This document shows positions 54,788-62,907 of a stretch of 64,000 nucleotides of DNA, one piece after another. The stretch comes from Lachnospiraceae bacterium (GTDB lineage Bacteria; Bacillota; Clostridia; Lachnospirales; Lachnospiraceae): NCBI GenBank assembly GCA_017624115.1, contig JAGANQ010000068.1:20370-84369 (forward strand), read 5' to 3'. A program made the translations under genes and the position numbers. Below the pieces are notes generated by a model that saw only the letters and a program-made list of their open reading frames with translations, did no database searches and had not been told where the DNA came from. Position 1 is the first letter of the stretch, and the number at the start of each line of letters is the position of its first letter.

Positions 54788-55378
54788 TTACTGAAGCTGC
54801 TCCCTGATTGCATCAACAGCCAGCTGATTTGACTCCTGGAACTGCTTTAAAAGTTCATCCTCTTCTGCTGCAGTGTTCTCTGCCTGTCCAAGCTGGACAT
54901 AAAACACATAATCGCCCTCACGAACTATCTGTGCAGCTTCTATCTTTGGAATATTCATCGGGTACTGAAACGACTCATTCAAAAGATAATCCTTATATTC
55001 CGTGAGCTTCTGCTCAATCGCCTCTGCCTGTCCTTCTTTCGCTTTAAATGCAGCAAAGGTATCCACATGGGCACTTATCATCGGTCCTTCTGCGATTGCC
55101 TCCTCATACATATCCTCTGTAACACCAAAGACGTCTGTAATATACTGGGCATCAAACAGCATACTTGGGATGTAATTCTCCCCATACACCGCTTTTACTG
55201 CTTCATGAATATCAGATAATGCCACTTCCTTCTTTGTGGTTGTTTCCTGTATAGTAGTCTGTACTGGTGTTGTGGTCTGCTCCTGTGCAGAATTATTTCT
55301 GCCACATGCAGTCAGAGAGAGAGCTGCCACCGCTGTCATCACCAGTAGTACAGTTCTTCCATTTTTCAATTTCACCAT
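54788..55378 (-). CDS. DUF4358-like lipoprotein
   Basis: A signal peptide ends in the lipobox LTAC, followed by a Thr-rich linker. The domain pattern AVKAVYGENYIPSM...DTFAAFKAKEG is recalled as DUF4358. The ATG at 55378 lies behind GAGGGA. Confidence 0.55.
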   Translation of the reverse strand: MVKLKNGRTVLLVMTAVAALSLTACGRNNSAQEQTTTPVQTTIQETTTKKEVALSDIHEAVKAVYGENYIPSMLFDAQYITDVFGVTEDMYEEAIAEGPMISAHVDTFAAFKAKEGQAEAIEQKLTEYKDYLLNESFQYPMNIPKIEAAQIVREGDYVFYVQLGQAENTAAEEDELLKQFQESNQLAVDAIREQLQ

Positions 55379-55413
55379 AATATTTCCCTCACTTTCTTTC
55401 CGATTGCAGAAAC

Positions 55414-55442
55414 ATTGTACTAGATTTTTATAGTATTGACAA
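55414..55442 (-). promoter_or_regulatory. Sigma-A promoter for the DUF4358-MBOAT-DHHW operon (TTGTCA-17-TACAAT)
   Basis: The minus strand reads TTGTCAATACTATAAAAATCTAGTACAAT, between the kinase stop and the lipoprotein start. Confidence 0.6.
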
Positions 55443-55475
55443 GCATCAGCCAAAACTTTCATAAATTTGTCAGAA

Positions 55476-56978
55476 TTACTTAATTTTTTCACGCCGTACT
55501 TCAAACCAGAATATGCTTCCCTTATCTTCTGTGCTTTTCACCCCATATTCTGCCCCGTGAAGGCTAAGAATATGTTTCACTATAGAAAGTCCAAGTCCTG
55601 TTCCCGTAACCGCTCTTTTATGATTTTTATCCACTTTATAATAGCGTTCCCAGACATACGGCAGATTCTCCTCAGGAATTCCTTCCCCGGTATCCTCCAC
55701 TTCTATTCTGATCCACTCTTCCCCGCAAAGCTGCCTTACCATGACCTTTTTATCTGCACCAGTATAGTTCACAGCATTACCAATCAGATTATAAATAACC
55801 TGATGAAGCTTTTCCTTATCCGCTTTCACCCATGCCTCTTCTTGATAGTCAAAGCATATCTGATAACCATATGGCTCCAACATTTTTGAAAAACGCCTGA
55901 CAACTCCTTCCACGCTCTCTGTCAGGCTGTAGCGCTCCGGTTCAAGCGTCATTACTCCTGCCTGCAGCTTTGAGATATCCATCATATCATTCACCAGCGT
56001 CGTAAGGCGCTTCGCCTCCTCCACAATGACCTCTATATTTTCCGGTGTATTCTCGCCCGGCAAGTCACGCATCATCTCTCCATAAGCAATAATCATAGTC
56101 AACGGTGTGCGCAAATCATGAGATACATTAGCAATGAGCTCACGCTGGAATTTTTCCGTCTTTCCCAGCTCCTTCGCCGCATAATTTAAAGTTTCTGACA
56201 GCTCCGCAATTTCTCTGTAATCGCCGGCTTCAAAAATCACATTATAATTTCCCTTTGCCAGTTCTTTCGCTGTCGCATTAACCCGGACAATAGAACGACT
56301 GATGCTCTTTGCAAGAATCCAGGCAATCAGCAGCGACAATATCAGCATTACTGCGGATATGCAGATAAGCTGTATGCGCAGTGTATGTACAGTAGCATCC
56401 ACAGGCGTAATTACAGAATTCAACAGATACACCCATTCTCCACCAGCCGCATCCAGGACAATTCTCACCCATATGACCGTTTCCTCTATATTTGGTTCTG
56501 GCATTCCCGGCATCTTCTTTAATTTTTGAAATTCTAATACATTTTCTGGAGCATAATATTCCGTATTAGCAGGTTCATCACTCTGCGGTCTTGGATCTCC
56601 CGGACTCCATTTTCTGTTTTCTGCATATTCACCGCCATTCTCCTTCGCTTTCTGATACCAGATTTCGAATTCTGTCTCATACAGAAATCTTGAAGGCATA
56701 TATTCTGTCGCATATAAGGTATTTCCTTCCGTGTCAAATATCAAAACAGAAATATCATAGCTCTGCGAAATTGCCTGTACCGACTGGTTATAATCCTCCG
56801 TCTCCATGCTGGAAATCAGGTTATTCATGGCACTCTTTAATTCGTTCTTCTTAATCTGCTTATAAAACACACCAAGATAAACTGTTTGAAACAGCCAGAG
56901 CACTATCAGCAAAACTACCGTAAATATCAGAAGATATGCAAAGCATTTCCATTTCATGCTGATTTTCTTACGCTTCAA
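55476..56978 (-). CDS. Sensor histidine kinase (2 TM, extracytoplasmic loop of about 165 aa, HAMP, HisKA, HATPase_c)
   Basis: The H-box is VSHDLRTPLT, the N-box IGNAVNYT and the G-boxes DTGEGI and GTGLGLSIV. It overlaps the regulator gene by 11 nt. Confidence 0.9.
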   Translation of the reverse strand: MKRKKISMKWKCFAYLLIFTVVLLIVLWLFQTVYLGVFYKQIKKNELKSAMNNLISSMETEDYNQSVQAISQSYDISVLIFDTEGNTLYATEYMPSRFLYETEFEIWYQKAKENGGEYAENRKWSPGDPRPQSDEPANTEYYAPENVLEFQKLKKMPGMPEPNIEETVIWVRIVLDAAGGEWVYLLNSVITPVDATVHTLRIQLICISAVMLILSLLIAWILAKSISRSIVRVNATAKELAKGNYNVIFEAGDYREIAELSETLNYAAKELGKTEKFQRELIANVSHDLRTPLTMIIAYGEMMRDLPGENTPENIEVIVEEAKRLTTLVNDMMDISKLQAGVMTLEPERYSLTESVEGVVRRFSKMLEPYGYQICFDYQEEAWVKADKEKLHQVIYNLIGNAVNYTGADKKVMVRQLCGEEWIRIEVEDTGEGIPEENLPYVWERYYKVDKNHKRAVTGTGLGLSIVKHILSLHGAEYGVKSTEDKGSIFWFEVRREKIK

Positions 56979-57633
56979 AACGGTATCCCACCCCTCTTAA
57001 AGTAACCAGAAATCTTCTGTACTCACCAAGACTGCTGCGCAGCAGCTTGATATGTGTATCCAGAGTTCTGTCATCACCGGCGTAGTCATAGCCCCATACC
57101 TCACTGAGCAGCCTTTCTCTCGTCAACGCAACACCTCTGTTTTTCACCAGATAAAACAGCAGCTCATATTCTCTTGGCGTCATTTCTGCCTTTTTCTCAT
57201 CCACAAATACTTCTCTGCTTATAAAGTTCACGAACAGTCCTTCTTTTTTATAAGTGTCACCTGGTTTCACGTTCCCGTTTCTGCCCATAACTACCTTCAT
57301 TCGCATCATCAGTTCCCGCGGTGAAAATGGCTTCACTACATAGTCATCAACACCTGCCTCAAAACCATGAATACGATCATATTCCTCTCCTCTTGCCGAC
57401 AGCATAATTACAGGTATTGCCTTCTGCTTTCTTATTTCCTCACAGGCTGAAAACCCATCCATCACAGGCATCATAACATCCATCACAATCAAATCATAGT
57501 CATTCTTTCTGCACAGCTCTACAGCCTCTCTTCCGTCTGCCGCTTCCGTAATCAGATATCCCTCATATTCCGCATATTTCCTAATAATTTGCCGTATTTT
57601 ATCTTCATCATCCACAACAAGGATATGTTCCAT
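56968..57633 (-). CDS. OmpR/PhoB-family response regulator
   Basis: The receiver domain has ILVVDDE, DLIVMDVMMP and KPF. The winged-helix output has LTPREYELLFYL and RGVGYRF. The ATG at 57633 is proposed; the ORF track begins at TTG 57657. Confidence 0.9.
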   Translation of the reverse strand: MEHILVVDDEDKIRQIIRKYAEYEGYLITEAADGREAVELCRKNDYDLIVMDVMMPVMDGFSACEEIRKQKAIPVIMLSARGEEYDRIHGFEAGVDDYVVKPFSPRELMMRMKVVMGRNGNVKPGDTYKKEGLFVNFISREVFVDEKKAEMTPREYELLFYLVKNRGVALTRERLLSEVWGYDYAGDDRTLDTHIKLLRSSLGEYRRFLVTLRGVGYRFEA

Positions 57634-57695
57634 AGGTGTTTCTTCCTCCATTTTCAATTTTCTTCGGAATCTATGTGAGAAAAGTAAAATATTCC

Positions 57696-57724
57696 TTGTA
57701 TTTTAGCCCAAAATCAGTTAAAAT
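57696..57724 (+). promoter_or_regulatory. Possible sigma-A promoter for the CheY-like operon (TTGTAT-17-TAAAAT)
   Basis: The sequence is TTGTATTTTAGCCCAAAATCAGTTAAAAT, about 90 nt upstream of the start at 57814. Confidence 0.45.
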
Positions 57725-57813
57725 ATAAGTAGTATTCAATAAATATAGTACCTTATTTATCGGATTTTCACAAGTATTTTGTCCTTAAAAAGGTTATTCG
57801 AAAGGAGATTCAT

Positions 57814-58185
57814 ATGGATTCTAAAAATTTTAAAATACTAATCGCAGATGATTCTCTGCTTGCCAGAAAAAAATTAAAGGACTGTCTCGCTTCTCTTGAT
57901 TACACTAATATCATTGAAGCAAAGGATGGAACTGAGGCTCTTGAACAGTATAAGTCCGAAAAACCGGATTTAGTTTTTATGGATATCGTAATGCCGAAGC
58001 AATTTGGTACAGATGCTGTAAAGGATATTCTCACGGAAAATTCTGAAGCAGTTATCATTATGGTTTCTTCTGTAGGAACAAAAAAGTATATTCAGGATTC
58101 CTTAAAAGCCGGTGCAAAGGATTTTATTTCCAAGCCTTTCACTTCCTCTCAGGTATTATCTGTACTTGAGCGCTATAACCACTAA
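57814..58185 (+). CDS. Stand-alone CheY-like receiver protein
   Basis: The 123-aa protein has ILIADDS, DLVFMDIVMP, MVSS and DFISKPF, so the acidic pocket, the T/S and the K are all present. The RBS is AAAGGAG. Confidence 0.85.
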   Translation: MDSKNFKILIADDSLLARKKLKDCLASLDYTNIIEAKDGTEALEQYKSEKPDLVFMDIVMPKQFGTDAVKDILTENSEAVIIMVSSVGTKKYIQDSLKAGAKDFISKPFTSSQVLSVLERYNH

Positions 58186-58209
58186 TCGGAGAAAGGGGCG
58201 GAATTTACT

Positions 58210-59091
58210 ATGCTTACACAGTTTTTTGGAAATTATCTGTTGGAAAAGCAGGTTATCAATTCAGACCAGCTTCTTGAAGCTCTGCGCCATAAGCATGACA
58301 CGGCTGAGTCTTTAGATGCTCTGGCTCTCTCCTCCGGCTATATGACTGCTGAAGAGGTTGAGGATGTACATAATATGCAGACTATCAAAGACGTGGAATT
58401 TGTACGTCTTGCCCTTCATATGGGTTATCTGACAATCAGTCAGGCTTCTGAGCTGGAGGAAGCGCAGCATTTCGGCTATCTGCTGCTCGGACGCGCGGTA
58501 ATTGAACTCGGCTTCTGTACACAGGAGGAGATGGCAAAAATTATTGCTGATTATGAGTTTGATTATCAGCTTTCTTTCTCGAATTGTCTGAATTTTGACC
58601 AGGATAAAATCGAGGAAATGATTCACCACTATTATCAGTTTCCTGACAGCGATAAAGTAATCCCCGCTGAGGAATATGCTGTTTTATTAATCCGTAACCT
58701 GATTCGCTTCGTTGGAGATGATTTCCGCCTGTCCGGTAAACTGGACAAGCTTCCTGCTCTCCCGGATACGCAGGAGATTTCTCAAAATTTCTCTGGCGCT
58801 ATTACCGGAAGGGCTGCTATTGTCGGCTACAAAAACTTTCTGAATGCCTTTGCTAATCGTTATGCCTGTGAGGCATTAGGTGCGGATGAAGAATATATCT
58901 CGGCCGCTTTGGAAGACTTTCTAAATCTGCATAATGGTCTTTTTACTGTAAATCTTTCAACAAATAACAATATGGAGGTTGAACTTTCAGCTCCTGAAAT
59001 ATATGATGTTGATTTGGAAAAGCTCTCTTACCAGTATATACTTCCGATTGAATTTACTTTTGGAACCGTTTATTTTTGTTTTAACATGTAA
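58210..59091 (+). CDS. Hypothetical protein: four T2SSE_N/MshEN-like helical repeats plus a CheX/CheC-like C-terminal half
   Basis: The repeats are FGNYLLEKQVINSDQLLEAL, LSSGYMTAEEVEDV, LHMGYLTISQASEL and IELGFCTQEEMAKI. The C-terminal ITGRAAIVGY...ISAALEDFLNLHNGLF resembles the CheX pattern. The call rests on motifs only. Confidence 0.45.
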   Translation: MLTQFFGNYLLEKQVINSDQLLEALRHKHDTAESLDALALSSGYMTAEEVEDVHNMQTIKDVEFVRLALHMGYLTISQASELEEAQHFGYLLLGRAVIELGFCTQEEMAKIIADYEFDYQLSFSNCLNFDQDKIEEMIHHYYQFPDSDKVIPAEEYAVLLIRNLIRFVGDDFRLSGKLDKLPALPDTQEISQNFSGAITGRAAIVGYKNFLNAFANRYACEALGADEEYISAALEDFLNLHNGLFTVNLSTNNNMEVELSAPEIYDVDLEKLSYQYILPIEFTFGTVYFCFNM

Positions 59092-59109
59092 ATTTTAATT
59101 TTCCATAGC

Positions 59110-59152
59110 CAAAAAAAGAGCTGCGCCAAAGCTGGCGCAGTTCTTTATTTTG
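59110..59152. terminator. Bidirectional intrinsic terminator between the CheX-like gene and thrC
   Basis: AAAAAAAGAG CTGCGCCA aagc TGGCGCAG TTCTTTATTTT. Confidence 0.8.
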
Positions 59153-60647
59153 TCTTCAGTATCTCACGTACAGTTTCTTTCATCTTATCCTTCTCGCACA
59201 CACGTGTATGCAGCACTCTGGCACTGCGGATTTCCTCAATCGCATCCGGCACCGGTACATTGGAAATACGGCAAAGCTCGTCCACGAGTTCAAAATCTCC
59301 CATTGCATGATACTTTTCTTTGTCAATTGCATTCATCACACTTCTGGTAAACTTATAAGGACTTGCTGTTGACGCAATCAGCGTTTTGGTTGTATCTGCA
59401 GTATCCTTTTTGTATTTCTTATATACGGTTGCCGCTACTGCGGTATGTGTATCAATAATATAGCCTGTATTGTCATACAATGCCTGAATCGTCTGCTCTG
59501 TTTCAGCTTCCTTCGCATAATTTCCATAAAAATCCTTTAGCTTTTCCTTCATGGCATCTGTAATCTTATAGCTGCCATTTGCTGCAAGGCTGTTCATCAG
59601 TTCGGCATTAGCTGCAGAGTCCTCTCCTGCTATCCTGTATATCAGACGCTCCAGATTGCTGGAAATCAGAATATCCATCGACGGAGAATTAGTCAGTATA
59701 AACTCTCTGTTTCTGTCATAGGTTCCCGTTGTAAAGAAATCATATAAAACCTTATTATCGTTAGAAGCACAAATCAATTTTGCAATCGGCACACCCATAT
59801 TCTTCGCATAAAATGCCGCCAGAATATTTCCAAAGTTTCCTGTAGGCACGACAACATTCAGCTTTTCCCCCTCTGCAAGCTCACCCTCTGCAAGAAGCTT
59901 TGCATAAGCATACACATAATACACTACCTGAGGAATCAGACGTCCAATATTAATTGAATTTGCAGAAGAAAACTGCGCATGAGAAGCCTCAAGCTCCTTC
60001 GCAAACTCTTTATCATTGAAGATAGCCTTCACACCGCTCTGTGCATCATCAAAATTGCCTTTAATAGCAACAACATAGGTATTCTTTCCCTTCTGTGTCA
60101 CCATCTGTTTTTCCTGAATCGGACTTACACCATTCTCTGGATAGAATACAATAATCTTTGTGCCCTCTACATCTGCAAAGCCTGCCAGTGCTGCCTTTCC
60201 GGTATCACCCGAGGTAGCAGTAAGAATAACAATATCATTTTTTACCTGATTCTTCTTCGCAGACACAGTCATCAGATGTGGAAGAATCGATAATGCCATA
60301 TCCTTAAAAGCAATCGTTGCACCGTGAAAAAGCTCCAGATAATATGCTCCGTCTGCCTTGACAATCGGTGCAATCTCCTCTGTATCGAACTTCTCATCAT
60401 AGGCTCTCGCAATACAGCGCTTCAGTTCTTCCTCGGTAAAATCAGTAAAAAACAGCTTCATTACCTCATATGCCGTTTCCTGATAATTCATCTTAGACAG
60501 CTCTTCCATGGATACGGAAAGCTTTGGAAGCTGAACCGGAACAAATAACCCTCCATCATCAGCAAGTCCTTTCAAAATAGCCTGTGAAGCTGTCACAGGT
60601 GCACTGTCACTTCTGGTACTCTTATATAACAATTCCATCCTCTTCAT
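59145..60647 (-). CDS. thrC: Threonine synthase (long form)
   Basis: It has the PLP-lysine region (HGATIAFKDMAL), TSGDTGKAA and the overall 500-aa ThrC layout. Confidence 0.9.
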   Translation of the reverse strand: MKRMELLYKSTRSDSAPVTASQAILKGLADDGGLFVPVQLPKLSVSMEELSKMNYQETAYEVMKLFFTDFTEEELKRCIARAYDEKFDTEEIAPIVKADGAYYLELFHGATIAFKDMALSILPHLMTVSAKKNQVKNDIVILTATSGDTGKAALAGFADVEGTKIIVFYPENGVSPIQEKQMVTQKGKNTYVVAIKGNFDDAQSGVKAIFNDKEFAKELEASHAQFSSANSINIGRLIPQVVYYVYAYAKLLAEGELAEGEKLNVVVPTGNFGNILAAFYAKNMGVPIAKLICASNDNKVLYDFFTTGTYDRNREFILTNSPSMDILISSNLERLIYRIAGEDSAANAELMNSLAANGSYKITDAMKEKLKDFYGNYAKEAETEQTIQALYDNTGYIIDTHTAVAATVYKKYKKDTADTTKTLIASTASPYKFTRSVMNAIDKEKYHAMGDFELVDELCRISNVPVPDAIEEIRSARVLHTRVCEKDKMKETVREILKTK

Positions 60648-60708
60648 TCCTTTTCTGTTCTTCTATGTATCTGCAAAAGCTGCGCTGCCTCTTCTGCCAT
60701 ATGGTTAC

Positions 60709-60737
60709 AGTATAACCACTAAATACTGTTTTTGCAA
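60709..60737 (-). promoter_or_regulatory. Sigma-A promoter for thrC (TTGCAA-17-TATACT)
   Basis: The minus strand reads TTGCAAAAACAGTATTTAGTGGTTATACT. Confidence 0.6.
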
Positions 60738-60739
60738 GT

Positions 60740-60797
60740 AAAATCGAAAAGGATTAGCGCAAAAACCATCATTTCCGGTTTTTGTGCTAATCCTTTT
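60740..60797 (-). terminator. Long hairpin terminator directly after the SleB-like gene
   Basis: The 21-bp arms AAAAGGATTAGCGCAAAAACC and GGTTTTTGTGCTAATCCTTTT pair with one G-U. The structure starts at the stop codon and is followed by CGATTTTACTT. Confidence 0.65.
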
Positions 60798-61565
60798 CTA
60801 CTTAAACGCATAAAATTCATGTCCGTCATGCTCAAAGAGCCATTCCAGATTACTGTCAAACCATGCCATACTGTCACCGCCAAGTCTGGCTCTCGCCGAG
60901 AAAAACAAGGCTCCCTGGGAATAGTCCACCCCTTCCAGCGCATAATCCACAGCTTCCCTTACCGAATCCGTAACCGGCGTACTCCATAAAGTTCCCTCAA
61001 CCACCGGACTGAACTGGTTTTTCTGAAAAACAACCTCTTCAATCGTATCCGGAAAATGTTCATCTTCGACACGGTTGAGAATCACATTCGCAACCAGTAT
61101 CTGTCCCTTTAAATCACAACCTCTTGCTTCTGCCGCCACAATATGAAGCAGAATATCATACTCATATTCTGTCACAGAAGCTTCTGTCTCTGCTTCCCTT
61201 CCCCCTGCCATTGTAACAACAGCAGATTCACGTGGTACTACAGACTCAACCTGTGGCTCGATACGGGTTTTCTTTGTTTCTATCGACTGTACTTCACTAT
61301 TTTCACTGATGGTTTCTGTCTGTATCTTTGCTTCTGTGTCCGCTTCTACTTCTTCTGTTTCCTCATACTCACTGTCGGTTTCTAATGCGGGATACACGGT
61401 CACCACATGGTTCTTTCCGCTTCCGCCAAAACCGTGAGAGGAAAATGCTATTACGGCAATTACTGCTGTGCCTGTTGTGATAATGGCACAGGTACGGTAC
61501 AAACGCTTCGAAATTGATTTCACATAGCCGTAAATGCTCTGAAGAAATGAGTGTATTCTAAGCAT
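60798..61565 (-). CDS. SleB/CwlJ-type cell wall hydrolase (Hydrolase_2 domain) with an N-terminal membrane anchor
   Basis: The C-terminal part reads AAEARGCDLKGQILVANVILNRVEDEHFPDTIEEVVFQKNQFSPV. There is an acidic linker. The ATG at 61565 lies behind AGAGGAG; the ORF track extends to 61625. Confidence 0.8.
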   Translation of the reverse strand: MLRIHSFLQSIYGYVKSISKRLYRTCAIITTGTAVIAVIAFSSHGFGGSGKNHVVTVYPALETDSEYEETEEVEADTEAKIQTETISENSEVQSIETKKTRIEPQVESVVPRESAVVTMAGGREAETEASVTEYEYDILLHIVAAEARGCDLKGQILVANVILNRVEDEHFPDTIEEVVFQKNQFSPVVEGTLWSTPVTDSVREAVDYALEGVDYSQGALFFSARARLGGDSMAWFDSNLEWLFEHDGHEFYAFK

Positions 61566-61630
61566 ACATACTCCTCTTTCCTTTTTTAGTCTATGCGGAT
61601 TTCTCCGCATCAGTTTGAAACACAAGTGAC

Positions 61631-61659
61631 ATTATAGGTGATTCAATTTTCAAGGTCAA
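61631..61659 (-). promoter_or_regulatory. Sigma-A promoter for the SleB-like gene (TTGACC-17-TATAAT)
   Basis: The minus strand reads TTGACCTTGAAAATTGAATCACCTATAAT. The leader contains the hairpin ATGCGGAGAAATCCGCAT. Confidence 0.65.
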
Positions 61660-61806
61660 TAGCTTTTCCTCATTTTTGGCCCTTTGACAGAATAGTTTTT
61701 CCATTTTTTTCCACATCACAGCCAAACTGTATAAATTTCCGCGGGAATTTTCACAATTTTTTTGTGTATATTTACTAATTCTATTTTTTTTAGATATTTC
61801 AAACTT

Positions 61807-61823
61807 GTTACATATTTTTTACA
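61807..61823 (-). promoter_or_regulatory. Second WalR-type direct repeat TGTAAA-AAATA-TGTAAC
   Basis: It is an exact match to TGTWAH-N5-TGTWAH on the minus strand, about 150 nt upstream of the -35 of the SleB-like gene promoter. Confidence 0.35.
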
Positions 61824-61846
61824 TAAAAAAACAATTTTATGCGTTT

Positions 61847-62884
61847 TTACTTATTTTCCTGCCTGCATTTTTGCTGATAATAGAATTTCACCTTTTCTTC
61901 CCATACGTCATTTACCTCCGGATTATCACGATAATCCTTCACTCCGGGAAGCTCTGACAGAATAGCACCCATATAATCTGCCAGCTTTTCCGCTCCATAA
62001 ACATTCAGGTGGAGACCGGCATCATAGGTATCTGTCTGCAAATCAATCCCCGTTTCTTCATTTAACTCAAGAAAATTCAGATACAGCAGGTCATGCTCCT
62101 TTGCATATGCTTCTATCTGTGCCTCCCATTCATCATACCAGACAGGATAAATAGACGGTGCTTTCATAAGTACCAGCGTCACGCCGTTTTCCTTACACAA
62201 CTCTGTAATTTTATCCAGATATTCATATGCCGTTTCTCCAAACCGGTAATCCGGCAGCTTCCGCTTTGTCGGCTCCACTGTCACAGGCTTTACATCTGTT
62301 CTCATATAATAGCCATTATGCGACACCTTATCTCTGTAAAACAGATATTTAAAATCCTCCGCTTTAAGCTCGCTGAATCTGGAATGATAACGGAACAGCG
62401 GAAACAGATATTCTATCATGGATTCCTCCGGCAGCATGGAGGCCTGTATTGCATTCCATTTGGAAGCAGACCATTTCATGCCATCCAGTGTCATGCGGTT
62501 GTATGCTTCTTTCTGTGGTTCGTTATACTGCATCGACAGCACATTAAAGACCACCACCTTCGGCGTTTCAATTTCCAGAGTCTCCTCCAACAGATAATAC
62601 GACTGCCAGATAAGCTGCTGGGCACTTCCTCTGATGTAGCTGGTGATTCCATATTTCTCCCATAATGTAATCGGTGAAATATTCTCATAAACCTCACAGT
62701 CTCCGATAAAAATGACATCATGCGGCAGCTCTTCCTCATAATATTCGGCTATCAGTGCGCCATCTATTACCTCATCCATATATTTCGGCATCAGAAGCCT
62801 CTGCAAAAGCCAGAAGGTTCCTGCGAAGATAAGCACGGTAAACAGCACACAGGCAGCCTTCCTCATATATTTTTTCTTATTCAT
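61847..62884 (-). CDS. Membrane-anchored SGNH/GDSL-like protein (PatB/DltD-like partner of the MBOAT)
   Basis: It has an N-terminal TM helix, a block I-like VIFIGDCEVY (Cys where Ser is expected) and a block V-like DAGLHLNVYGAEKLA. It lies directly downstream of an MBOAT gene. Confidence 0.6.
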   Translation of the reverse strand: MNKKKYMRKAACVLFTVLIFAGTFWLLQRLLMPKYMDEVIDGALIAEYYEEELPHDVIFIGDCEVYENISPITLWEKYGITSYIRGSAQQLIWQSYYLLEETLEIETPKVVVFNVLSMQYNEPQKEAYNRMTLDGMKWSASKWNAIQASMLPEESMIEYLFPLFRYHSRFSELKAEDFKYLFYRDKVSHNGYYMRTDVKPVTVEPTKRKLPDYRFGETAYEYLDKITELCKENGVTLVLMKAPSIYPVWYDEWEAQIEAYAKEHDLLYLNFLELNEETGIDLQTDTYDAGLHLNVYGAEKLADYMGAILSELPGVKDYRDNPEVNDVWEEKVKFYYQQKCRQENK

Positions 62885-62907
62885 CCTCTTTACCTCAGAC
62901 CATTTTC

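Noticed and set aside
55476-57633. I considered whether this two-component system is the WalRK system that would read the two TGTWAH-N5-TGTWAH boxes.
   Set aside because: The kinase is 500 aa with only HAMP after the second TM. I could see no PAS domain, and none of the accessory genes typical of wal operons are adjacent. The family-level similarity is generic OmpR/EnvZ type. It remains a candidate binder, but it cannot be called WalRK from sequence alone.
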